From: a virus
DNA length: 31,558 nucleotides
IMG/VR virus record: IMGVR_UViG_3300045988_122024
Span: 1-31,558 of that record
Reading direction: 5' to 3' (one strand)
The position numbers and the translations under genes are program-made. Position 1 is the first letter of the stretch. Each line of letters begins with the position of its first letter. The notes under the pieces were generated by a model. That model saw only the letters and a list, made by a program, of their open reading frames with translations, made no database searches and was not told the origin of the DNA. Below are positions 1 through 6,691 of this stretch, piece by piece.

Positions 1-75
1 ATGTTTGCGGCCGTTTCGTGGTTTATCGGTTGGATAATAAACGATTTCAAAGGGGGCAAGCGTGGCAAAAAAAAT
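1..75. repeat. 75-nt terminal direct repeat, identical to 31484..31558 (circular-assembly overlap)
   Basis: Read directly: atgtttgcggccgtttcgtggtttatcggttggataataaacgatttcaaagggggcaagcgtggcaaaaaaaat occurs at both ends of the window. Confidence 0.95.
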
Positions 76-96
76 AATAGAAATAATAAAGAATAG
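1..96 (+). CDS. 3' portion (duplicate copy) of a small transmembrane protein ORF that starts at 31451 and crosses the circular junction
   Basis: In frame with ATG 31451. Joined product is MSDILWFVVFAMFAAVSWFIGWIINDFKGGKRGKKNNRNNKE (42 aa), one hydrophobic helix plus a basic tail. Stop TAG at 94..96. Confidence 0.5.
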   Translation: MFAAVSWFIGWIINDFKGGKRGKKNNRNNKE

Positions 97-697
97 CGGA
101 GCGTTTGCGCCTATCGTTTACACGGTGGTTCAGTTTTTGCAAGTAACGTTCATTCCGATAAACTCAACGCCGGTGACGGTTGCCGGAAGTCTTTTATTCG
201 ACTGGTGGCTTTGTTTGATTCTGACTTTGGTCGGGCAAATCGGCGGTTCGGTTTTGGCTTTTTGGATAGGTCGAAAGTTCGGTCTGAAAGCCGTTTACAA
301 GTTCGCAAAGCCGCAGACGGTCGAAAAGTGGCGAGTAAAAATGAAAGGCCGAGAAAAAACAACGTTGATGTTTATGTTTGTATTGCCAGTTTTCCCCGAC
401 GACTTGCTCTGTCTTTTGGCAGGGCTGACGGATATGCGGTATTCGACTTTTTTCGGAGTGCAAGTTTTGAGTCGAACAATGGCCGCACTTTGGACGATAT
501 TCGGAACGAAGCTCGTCGCTTTGCTTGCGAAGTTGGGCATTTCGTGGTACTGGTGGCTTTCAATAGGGGTTGCGGCAGGCGTGGCAATGACTTTAATTGT
601 TGTTTATCAAGATAAAATCAGCGAATGGTTTTTGAAAATTTTTAATAAAAGAGAGGTAAAAAATGGAATTAAAGAAGATGAAACTATCGGAGATTAA
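62..697 (+). CDS. DedA / TVP38-TMEM64 (SNARE-associated) family integral membrane protein
   Basis: 211-aa ORF with GTG start and an AAGGGGG RBS 5 nt upstream. Several hydrophobic helices. The LPVFPDDLLCLLAGLT segment and the G-rich helix (GQIGGSVLAFWIGRKFG) resemble the family signature. Confidence 0.7.
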   Translation: MAKKIIEIIKNSGAFAPIVYTVVQFLQVTFIPINSTPVTVAGSLLFDWWLCLILTLVGQIGGSVLAFWIGRKFGLKAVYKFAKPQTVEKWRVKMKGREKTTLMFMFVLPVFPDDLLCLLAGLTDMRYSTFFGVQVLSRTMAALWTIFGTKLVALLAKLGISWYWWLSIGVAAGVAMTLIVVYQDKISEWFLKIFNKREVKNGIKEDETIGD

Positions 698-1199
698 GCC
701 TTACGGGAAAAATCCGAGGAAGAACGACGGAGCGGTTGACGCGGTCGCTGAAAGCATTAAGCAATGCGGTTATTGTTCGCCGATTGTCGTCGATGAAAAC
801 AACGTCGTTTTGGCAGGGCATACGCGTTTGAAAGCTCTGAAAAAGTTAGGCAGGGAAGAATGCGAGGTTGTCGTAAAAGAGGGCTTGACGGAAGAACAAA
901 AACAAAAATATCGCATTTTGGACAATAAGACAGGCGAGTTTGCCGAGTGGGATTTGGATATTTTACAAGAACAGCTAAAAGACCTCGACTTTGAGGGTTT
1001 TGATTTCGGGTTTGATTTTTCATCTTTTGAAGAACCGTTGTTAATCATCGAAGACGAGATTCCAGAAGTTGACGAAGAAAACAATCCGATTTGCAAATGC
1101 GGCGATATATGGCAGTTAGGCAAGCATAGGCTCATGTGTGGAGACAGTACAAAAAAATCAGATGTCGATACCCTTATAGGGGGGGGGGAGAGAGGATAA
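663..1199 (+). CDS. ParB-like nuclease domain protein, the N-terminal part of a ParB-DNA methyltransferase fusion truncated by a frameshift at a G10 tract
   Basis: RBS agagaggt. Has a ParBc-like motif (KPYGKNPRKN...VVLAGHTRLKALKKLG). Ends ...LMCGDSTKKSDVDTLIGGGERG*, immediately after the poly-G, where homologous fusions continue into the DPPY motif. Confidence 0.85.
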   Translation: MELKKMKLSEIKPYGKNPRKNDGAVDAVAESIKQCGYCSPIVVDENNVVLAGHTRLKALKKLGREECEVVVKEGLTEEQKQKYRILDNKTGEFAEWDLDILQEQLKDLDFEGFDFGFDFSSFEEPLLIIEDEIPEVDEENNPICKCGDIWQLGKHRLMCGDSTKKSDVDTLIGGGERG

Positions 1200-1834
1200 A
1201 GCTGTTCCTAACAGACCCACCTTATAACGTCAACTATATTGACGGCGCAAAAACGGAAAGAAAAATAAAAAACGACAATTTCGATTCCGATGAGGAATGT
1301 GGTCAAAAACTTTGGCTTCCTGCTTTTAAGAACGCAAGAGTAGCCGCCGCCGACGATTGCTCTGTTTATTGCTTTATGCCGCAAGGCGGCACTCACATGA
1401 TGATGATGATGATGATGAGGGACGCGGGCTGGCAAGTCAAACATGAGCTTATATGGCTTAAACAATCAATCGTTTTGAACAGAGCGGATTATAACTACAG
1501 GCACGAGCCTTTTATGTTTGGGTGGAACAAAACGCATAAATTTTATGGAAAGGGAAAATTCAAAAACACGAGCGTTTGGGAGTTCGACCGTCCGACAAAA
1601 AGCAAGGAACACCCGACGATGAAGCCCATAGGGCTTTTTGTGGAAATTTTGGAAAATTCTACAAGGTCGGGGGATATGGTTTTAGATTTGTTCGGCGGAA
1701 GCGGAACAACGATTATTGCTTGCGAACAAACCGGAAGACAATGTTTCACAATGGAGATTGAACCGAAATATTGCGATGTTATTATAAAGCGTTGGGAAAA
1801 GCTGACAGGCGAAAAAGCGCAAAAAATAAAGTAA
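1136..1834 (+). CDS. N6-adenine/N4-cytosine DNA methyltransferase catalytic part (beta-class, DPPY then FGGSG), in the +2 frame relative to 663..1199
   Basis: Motif IV is TDPPYNV. Motif I is VLDLFGGSGTTIIACE, near the C-terminus. The first ATG in this frame (1136) lies upstream of the poly-G, so the biological N-terminus is probably the ParB part. Confidence 0.85.
   Translation: MWRQYKKIRCRYPYRGGGERIKLFLTDPPYNVNYIDGAKTERKIKNDNFDSDEECGQKLWLPAFKNARVAAADDCSVYCFMPQGGTHMMMMMMMRDAGWQVKHELIWLKQSIVLNRADYNYRHEPFMFGWNKTHKFYGKGKFKNTSVWEFDRPTKSKEHPTMKPIGLFVEILENSTRSGDMVLDLFGGSGTTIIACEQTGRQCFTMEIEPKYCDVIIKRWEKLTGEKAQKIK
1179..1188. repeat. G10 homopolymer tract inside the ParB-methyltransferase gene
   Basis: Counted directly: cccttata-GGGGGGGGGG-agagagg. 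With 11 or 8 G the two ORFs fuse in frame (…LIGGGGERIKLFLTDPPYNV…). Confidence 0.95.
1397..1417. repeat. (ATG)7 trinucleotide repeat encoding a Met7 run inside the methyltransferase
   Basis: Read directly: cac-atgatgatgatgatgatgatg-agg, translated as H-MMMMMMM-R. Confidence 0.95.
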
Positions 1835-1848
1835 AAAAGGAGAACGGA

Positions 1849-2652
1849 ATGTTTGAAAAAGTAAACCCTTGCCACCCTGATAAAGTGGCAGACAGAATAG
1901 CAGGAGCGTTGGTTGACCTTGCTTATCAGAAAGAAACAAATCCAAGAATAGCCGTCGAGGTTCTAATCGGCCACGGCGATTGTGCAATTATTGCAGAAAC
2001 GAGCGTGTCTTTGGATAAACAAGATGTTTGTGCGGCGGTAAAAAGAATTTCGGGAATTGAATATGTTACATACAAAGAGGTTTCGCAAGATTGCATTTTG
2101 TCAGCAAATCAGGCGGCAGAAATTCGTTGCGGCGATAACGGCATATTCAAGGGCGTTCCGACGAACGACGAAGAAAAGGAACTTTTAGAGGTTGCGAAGT
2201 TTATATTCGGACTAAACAAAAGTGACGGAAAGTATATTATAAACGGCGAAGAACTGATAGTTTGTCAGAGCAACACCGACAGCGATATTCTGCGGCGTGT
2301 TTTGGAACAATATGGCTATACAAAAACGAAGATAAATCCGCTGGGCTACTGGACAGGCGGAACCGACGTTGACAGCGGAGCGACGAACAGAAAGCTCGGA
2401 AGCGATATGGGCAGAGCGGTTACAGGCGGCGGCCTGCACGGAAAAGACCTGTCAAAAGCTGACGTTTCGGTCAATATCTATGCGTTTTTGAAAGCACAGA
2501 GAACAGGCGAAGAAGCCAACCTTTGTTGTGCAATCGGCGACACCACCATTGACGGCAAGCCTTATTCGGAAATCGTCAAAATTGCCCGAGATTACATCGA
2601 CAAAATCGGCGGCTTTGAAAAGTTCGCAGAATGGGGGTTAATAAATGTCTGA
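1849..2652 (+). CDS. metK: Compact S-adenosylmethionine synthetase (MetK-like), about 267 aa
   Basis: RBS aaaaggagaacggaATG. Matches MetK blocks: CHPDKVADRIAGALVD (cf. EGHPDKIADQISDAVLD), CGDNGIFKG (cf. GAGDQGLMFG), INPLGYW.GG and TGGGLHGKDLSKADVS (cf. HGGGAFSGKDPSKVDRS). Shorter than the canonical enzyme of roughly 385 aa. Confidence 0.75.
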   Translation: MFEKVNPCHPDKVADRIAGALVDLAYQKETNPRIAVEVLIGHGDCAIIAETSVSLDKQDVCAAVKRISGIEYVTYKEVSQDCILSANQAAEIRCGDNGIFKGVPTNDEEKELLEVAKFIFGLNKSDGKYIINGEELIVCQSNTDSDILRRVLEQYGYTKTKINPLGYWTGGTDVDSGATNRKLGSDMGRAVTGGGLHGKDLSKADVSVNIYAFLKAQRTGEEANLCCAIGDTTIDGKPYSEIVKIARDYIDKIGGFEKFAEWGLINV

Positions 2653-3217
2653 AATGAACTGGCGACAATTCAAGGCAATCGAAGCTGCGAACAAAAACAG
2701 GATTCAGCTTCTTTGCCCTGCGGCGGTTGACTGTCCAGGCATATACGTTTTTTACCGAGAAGAAAACGGCATAAAATACGCCTATGTCGGTCAGGCGAAA
2801 AAGGTTCTGACGAGGCTTGCGGAACATCTGACTGGTTACGAACAACACATCGACAAGTCTATTCGGAAACACGGTTTGTTTGACAAAAGCCCGAACGGTT
2901 ATAAAATCACGGTCGAATATTGCCTTTCGGAAGAGTTGGACGAGGCGGAACGAAAAGCGATAAAAGACTGGGCGAGCCGTGGTTATCAGTTGCGGAATAA
3001 GACGGTCGGCGGTCAGGATAGCGGAAAGGTCGGAATGAACGAAAACGCTCCGTCGAAAGGATATCGGGACGGCCTCAAACAGGGCTACAAAAACGCTCAA
3101 AGGGACGTCGCAAAACTGTTCGAAAAAAACCTCGTCGTTGACATCAACGGGAAACCGAACAAAAACAAAGAAAAGGCTTTGCAAAAGTTTTTTGATTTCA
3201 TAGAAAAGCAGTCATAA
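2645..3217 (+). CDS. GIY-YIG domain nuclease (homing-endonuclease-like)
   Basis: N-terminal GIYVFYREENGIKYAYVGQAKKVLTRLAEH... matches the GIY-YIG core. Start overlaps the metK-like stop by 8 nt. Confidence 0.75.
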   Translation: MSEMNWRQFKAIEAANKNRIQLLCPAAVDCPGIYVFYREENGIKYAYVGQAKKVLTRLAEHLTGYEQHIDKSIRKHGLFDKSPNGYKITVEYCLSEELDEAERKAIKDWASRGYQLRNKTVGGQDSGKVGMNENAPSKGYRDGLKQGYKNAQRDVAKLFEKNLVVDINGKPNKNKEKALQKFFDFIEKQS

Positions 3218-3241
3218 ACGGCCGTTTTTTCTTCTCTGAAA

Positions 3242-3280
3242 AATAGTAAAAAAAGATTGGTTTTTACTATTAAAAATAGT
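3242..3280. promoter_or_regulatory. Operator cluster: inverted repeat AATAGTAAAAA/TTTTTACTATT plus palindrome ACTATTAAAAATAGT abutting the -35
   Basis: AATAGT/ACTATT half-sites at 3242-3247, 3266-3271 and 3275-3280. The 15-nt palindrome 3266..3280 recurs at 26310..26324 and 28975..28989. Confidence 0.5.
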
Positions 3281-3308
3281 TGACTTTTGACTAAAAATAG
3301 CGTATAAT
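3280..3308 (+). promoter_or_regulatory. Sigma-A/sigma-70 type promoter TTGACT-17-TATAAT
   Basis: -35 at 3280-3285 and -10 at 3303-3308 with a 17-nt spacer. Sits in a 138-nt intergenic gap upstream of the 3356 gene. Confidence 0.7.
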
Positions 3309-3355
3309 TAAAGTATAAAAAGAATAAGGCCGTTAAGGCCTGAAAGGAGAACAAA

Positions 3356-3622
3356 ATGAAATTCTATCACAAGGACGGCCGAGTGCTTGAAGTAAAGGAG
3401 CGGACAAAAAAGCAAATCTGGAAGGTGTTGAAAAGATACCTCCATCCAGAGGAGTTGCAGAGCCTCGAATATATCGGCAATCAACATATCTCGGTGAACA
3501 ACGGCAATATTTATGCTGATTTTTACGACCACCGCTACAAGGCGGCAGACGGCACACCGCACAAAACAACACTTTATATCGCAGATTATAGCGATTATAT
3601 AGGAGAAATAAAAAATGGCTAA
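3356..3622 (+). CDS. Hypothetical protein (88 aa)
   Basis: RBS gaaaggag 6 nt upstream. Stop overlaps the next start. Confidence 0.7.
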   Translation: MKFYHKDGRVLEVKERTKKQIWKVLKRYLHPEELQSLEYIGNQHISVNNGNIYADFYDHRYKAADGTPHKTTLYIADYSDYIGEIKNG

Positions 3623-3821
3623 GTTCAAAGTAGGAGATATTATTATTGCGAACGAAAAGAGCAATAATGAGTATGTTATAACAACTCAAAAGATGGGTTG
3701 GTTAGGAAAAGTGGTATCAATGGGAGAAGACGGGTATGTCTCCGCAAAAACGCTCGCTCCTGCAGACTACTATGGGGAGGTATTTACTCTTGAAGAAGAC
3801 TATTTCGACCTTGATGAATAA
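3615..3821 (+). CDS. Hypothetical protein (68 aa)
   Basis: RBS ataggaga. Overlaps the upstream gene by 8 nt. AT-richer codon usage. Confidence 0.65.
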   Translation: MAKFKVGDIIIANEKSNNEYVITTQKMGWLGKVVSMGEDGYVSAKTLAPADYYGEVFTLEEDYFDLDE

Positions 3822-3982
3822 ACAGGAGGCTAAACTGCTTGGAGACCGTATGGCGAACATTATACGGCTTCACTGTCGATAGAGACCGCTTTGTGGGAAG
3901 TATGCGGAAATCGTAAATTTGGGATTAAACGGTCAAGTCAAGTTGAACTTCTTTAACTGTAAAGATTTAGAGGATTTAACCA

Positions 3983-4007
3983 ATACCTATTCGTTTGATA
4001 TAGGTAT
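3983..4007. repeat. 8-bp perfect inverted repeat ATACCTAT-N9-ATAGGTAT in a 235-nt non-coding gap
   Basis: Read directly. Overlaps a weak candidate promoter (TTGATA 3995-4000, 18-nt spacer, TATAAA). Confidence 0.6.
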
Positions 4008-4056
4008 GATAGAAAAAGTATAAATAATTAAGTATAGATTTATAGGAGATAATATT

Positions 4057-4650
4057 ATGACAACTTACACAGCAACTATTGAACAAACAAGTTTTTTGCC
4101 AGTCAGGCAATATGAAGTGAGCACTCTTGACAGCCTTATGCACATTATTCGAGTTGAAAAAAGGAGTGCGTTATACGACCTGACGGTAACGCTGTCCAAA
4201 ATCGAACGCGACGACGAAATGCCAATTAAAGGCGAAATCGTGGACGAAGTGCAGTTCAGCATAAACAAAAACAATTCTGCTTCGCAGGCCGAAATCAACA
4301 AGCTTAACACCGAAGTCGCGTATCGTGACAGAAAAATAGAACAGCTGGAACGGCAAGTCAGAGGACTTGAAGGCCAGTTTGACGAAGCAAAAGAACAAAT
4401 CAGACAGCTGAAAAATTTGCAATCTTGGCAACAAGCCGAAATTGAGCGATTGAACGACGAAAATTGCGAACTGGCCAAGAAACTTGAAGCGAGATTGACT
4501 TGTGATTTTGTAAAAACAGCACAAAAACACGCTAAAATTGATGTGCTTAAAGAGTTGAAAGAGAAACTAAATAGCGCACCGAATGGTTGGGCATATACCG
4601 GTTATATAGATAACCTCATCGAGGAGGTAGAAAATGAAAAAGAAAATTAA
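4057..4650 (+). CDS. Hypothetical coiled-coil protein (197 aa)
   Basis: RBS ataggaga. Central heptad-like E/Q/K/L-rich segment (EINKLNTEVAYRDRKIEQLERQVRGLEGQFDEAKEQIRQLK...). Confidence 0.75.
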   Translation: MTTYTATIEQTSFLPVRQYEVSTLDSLMHIIRVEKRSALYDLTVTLSKIERDDEMPIKGEIVDEVQFSINKNNSASQAEINKLNTEVAYRDRKIEQLERQVRGLEGQFDEAKEQIRQLKNLQSWQQAEIERLNDENCELAKKLEARLTCDFVKTAQKHAKIDVLKELKEKLNSAPNGWAYTGYIDNLIEEVENEKEN

Positions 4651-5173
4651 AGACGTTGAAATCGGAAGCAAATTCAAATTCGGCAAGATAGAATTTATAA
4701 AACTCGCCGCCACCCACAACGGCAGTTTGTGCCTTGCGGCAGACGTATTGCCTAACGAACAACGCTTTGACGATGTTGAGGATAACCGAAACAACTGGGC
4801 AACTTCAACGCTCCGACAAACGCTCCCAAGCGTTATTAGAAAGTATATCGACACAAGCGCATTAGCTCTGTTCGACCGCGACCTGACAACCGACGACGGA
4901 ATGACCGAATATGGACACTGTATGGACACGGTATCGCTCTTGACTTGCGACGAATACCGCAAATACAGAAAGCTCATTCCAAACTGCTATAATCCAAACT
5001 CAAAAAACGACGAGTGGTACTGGATAATCACTGCGGACAGTTTGGAAAACTCGTTCTTGACTCGCACTGTCTGGAAGGACGCCACTTTACACTTAGCCGA
5101 AACCTTTACTCCCGGCGGCGTGCGCCCGCTTTGTGTTCTGAAAGTTAACACTATTGTGGAGGTAGAAGAATGA
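4634..5173 (+). CDS. Hypothetical protein (179 aa) with WYW...GVRP C-terminal pattern
   Basis: RBS gaggaggt. The WYWIITADS...GGVRPLCVL pattern recalls uncharacterised Firmicutes surface-protein-associated domains. This is recalled from memory, not searched. Confidence 0.7.
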   Translation: MKKKIKDVEIGSKFKFGKIEFIKLAATHNGSLCLAADVLPNEQRFDDVEDNRNNWATSTLRQTLPSVIRKYIDTSALALFDRDLTTDDGMTEYGHCMDTVSLLTCDEYRKYRKLIPNCYNPNSKNDEWYWIITADSLENSFLTRTVWKDATLHLAETFTPGGVRPLCVLKVNTIVEVEE

Positions 5174-5316
5174 GAGTAAAAGAAATTACGACAGAGCCGA
5201 AAGACATTGCAAACGTTATAAATTCAATCGGGTATGAAAATGTGCTGAACATTATTCCTTGCCCGTGTTATGACGGCTGTTTGGTGGTTATTCTATACAA
5301 GGAGAAAGACGAATGA
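5170..5316 (+). CDS. Small hypothetical protein (48 aa)
   Basis: ATGA overlap with the upstream stop and with the downstream start (5313). Below the ORF-track size cut-off; translated by hand. Confidence 0.5.
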   Translation: MRVKEITTEPKDIANVINSIGYENVLNIIPCPCYDGCLVVILYKEKDE

Positions 5317-5768
5317 AAAGTGTTTTAATCAGTATTCGCCCGAAATGGTGTGAAGCAATAGCGGCAGGAGAAAAAACAATAGAAGTAAGAAAAACGCGTC
5401 CTAAAATCGAGCCGCCTTTTAGATGTTATATTTATGAAACAAACAGCACAAAAGGAGTACACGGTTTTTCCGTACTTGGGCGTTACAGAATAGGTCAAGT
5501 AATTGGTGAGTTTATCTGCGATAAGGTTATGTTTTTAACGCCGTTAGGGTTACGCGGATTTGAAATGCGCGAGGAAATTCTAAAATTGAGTTGTTTAACG
5601 AACGATGACTTAAACGCTTATGGCGGATTAAAAACCCTTTACGGCTGGCATATATCCGACTTAAAGATTTACGACAGGCCGAGAGAGTTAAGCGAGTTTG
5701 GCAGGTTTGACGGCACAGTGCCTATGAAACGCCCGTGTGCGCCGTGGTGCTATGTTAAGGAGCGGTAA
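5313..5768 (+). CDS. ASCH (PUA-like fold) domain protein
   Basis: N-terminus LISIRPKWCEAIAAGEKTIEVRKTRP is typical of ASCH domains. RBS caaggaga. Confidence 0.65.
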   Translation: MKSVLISIRPKWCEAIAAGEKTIEVRKTRPKIEPPFRCYIYETNSTKGVHGFSVLGRYRIGQVIGEFICDKVMFLTPLGLRGFEMREEILKLSCLTNDDLNAYGGLKTLYGWHISDLKIYDRPRELSEFGRFDGTVPMKRPCAPWCYVKER

Positions 5769-5770
5769 AA

Positions 5771-5923
5771 ATGAACCTTGAAAGACTTTTGAATAGTCGC
5801 GGAATGTCGGCAGACGATATAGAAACAAAAAACTGGATATGTCGGCGTTATGAACTTTGGTTAGGCTCGGAAAGGCGTAACTGTTATGTAAGGCGAAAAC
5901 ACAAAAAACGCAATAGGAGATAG
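5771..5923 (+). CDS. Small basic hypothetical protein (50 aa)
   Basis: ATG 2 nt after the upstream stop. It fills the gap exactly up to the RBS of the next gene. Translated by hand. Confidence 0.45.
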   Translation: MNLERLLNSRGMSADDIETKNWICRRYELWLGSERRNCYVRRKHKKRNRR

Positions 5924-5928
5924 AAAAA

Positions 5929-6309
5929 ATGGCAAGAAAACTTTACAATATGATATTTATCATAATCGTGCTTTTGGCGATAATGGCGTTCGGCGTATGG
6001 TTCGCCGTGGAGCTTATTCCGGAATTCCACTTTGCATGGCCGACGGTTGTCTTAACGCTCACGTATTCAATAGCCCTTGTTTCGGGAACGGTGCTCGCAC
6101 TTTTTGCGATTGCCGACTATCAAAACGAGCGGTGGAAAGCCGAACAACGGGAAAAAGCAAAGGCAGAAAAGGGCTGGCAGAATTACACGGATACTTGGAA
6201 AGAAGTCGAAACAATGTGCAAAGACTGCCCTGCGTGGTCGGGGACGGACTGCACGCAAAATCCATTCACGGACGGTTGTCTGAAAGATAAAGGGGGAAAG
6301 AAAGAATGA
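5929..6309 (+). CDS. Membrane protein (2 TM helices) with Cys-rich C-terminus
   Basis: RBS aataggaga. Hydrophobic helices IFIIIVLLAIMAFGVWFAV and LTLTYSIALVSGTVLALFAI. C-terminal CKDCPAWSGTDCTQNPFTDGC. Confidence 0.7.
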   Translation: MARKLYNMIFIIIVLLAIMAFGVWFAVELIPEFHFAWPTVVLTLTYSIALVSGTVLALFAIADYQNERWKAEQREKAKAEKGWQNYTDTWKEVETMCKDCPAWSGTDCTQNPFTDGCLKDKGGKKE

Positions 6310-6629
6310 AAAAAAGGACAAAAACACTCATAGCACTGGCAATAGTCGTTGCGTTATTGCTTTTAGCAATAAGCGGAGTAAAAAACGTAGAAAAGAACAA
6401 AGCCGTTGAGATATGGAAAAGCAACAGAGAGATAAACGGAACAATCAATGCGGAACGAATCTGTTTCTGGAAAAGCTCAACAGACGGAACGAGGGTTTCG
6501 GCCTATAAACTAACGGTCATTTATACGGCAAAGAAAAGCAATGGATATTTCGCTTTTAGCGAAGAATACACGGTAGTTTTGATTTACAGCGGTTTTTCGC
6601 TTGTCGGCTATCAAACTATCAACGGATAA
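6306..6629 (+). CDS. Secreted or membrane-anchored hypothetical protein (107 aa)
   Basis: N-terminal KKRTKTLIALAIVVALLLLAISG signal/anchor. ATGA overlap with the upstream gene. Confidence 0.7.
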   Translation: MKKRTKTLIALAIVVALLLLAISGVKNVEKNKAVEIWKSNREINGTINAERICFWKSSTDGTRVSAYKLTVIYTAKKSNGYFAFSEEYTVVLIYSGFSLVGYQTING

Positions 6630-6647
6630 AAAATTTGTCATAAAGGG

Positions 6648-6676
6648 TTGACAAACGGCAAAACCGAATATATAAT
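6648..6676 (+). promoter_or_regulatory. Consensus promoter TTGACA-17-TATAAT at the head of the packaging/structural operon
   Basis: -35 at 6648-6653 and -10 at 6671-6676. Shares the 14-mer gggttgacaaacgg with the promoter at 17590. The -35 is the right arm of an inverted repeat TTTGTCA(6634-6640)/TGACAAA(6649-6655). Confidence 0.7.
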
Positions 6677-6691
6677 AAAGAGAGGTGGAGT

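Noticed and set aside
2576-3184. 202-aa minus-strand ORF, and similar ones at 9705..10313, 21979..22638 and 26291..26878
   Set aside because: All lie fully inside recognisable or well-supported + strand genes (GIY-YIG, portal/MuF, fibre, early genes). Their products are biased (F, R, S, L rich) and lack RBSs.
3216-3230. Possible terminator aaacggccgtttttt after the GIY-YIG gene
   Set aside because: The palindrome leaves only about a 4-bp stem once a loop is allowed, which is too weak to call. The nearby AT inverted repeat is better explained as an operator.
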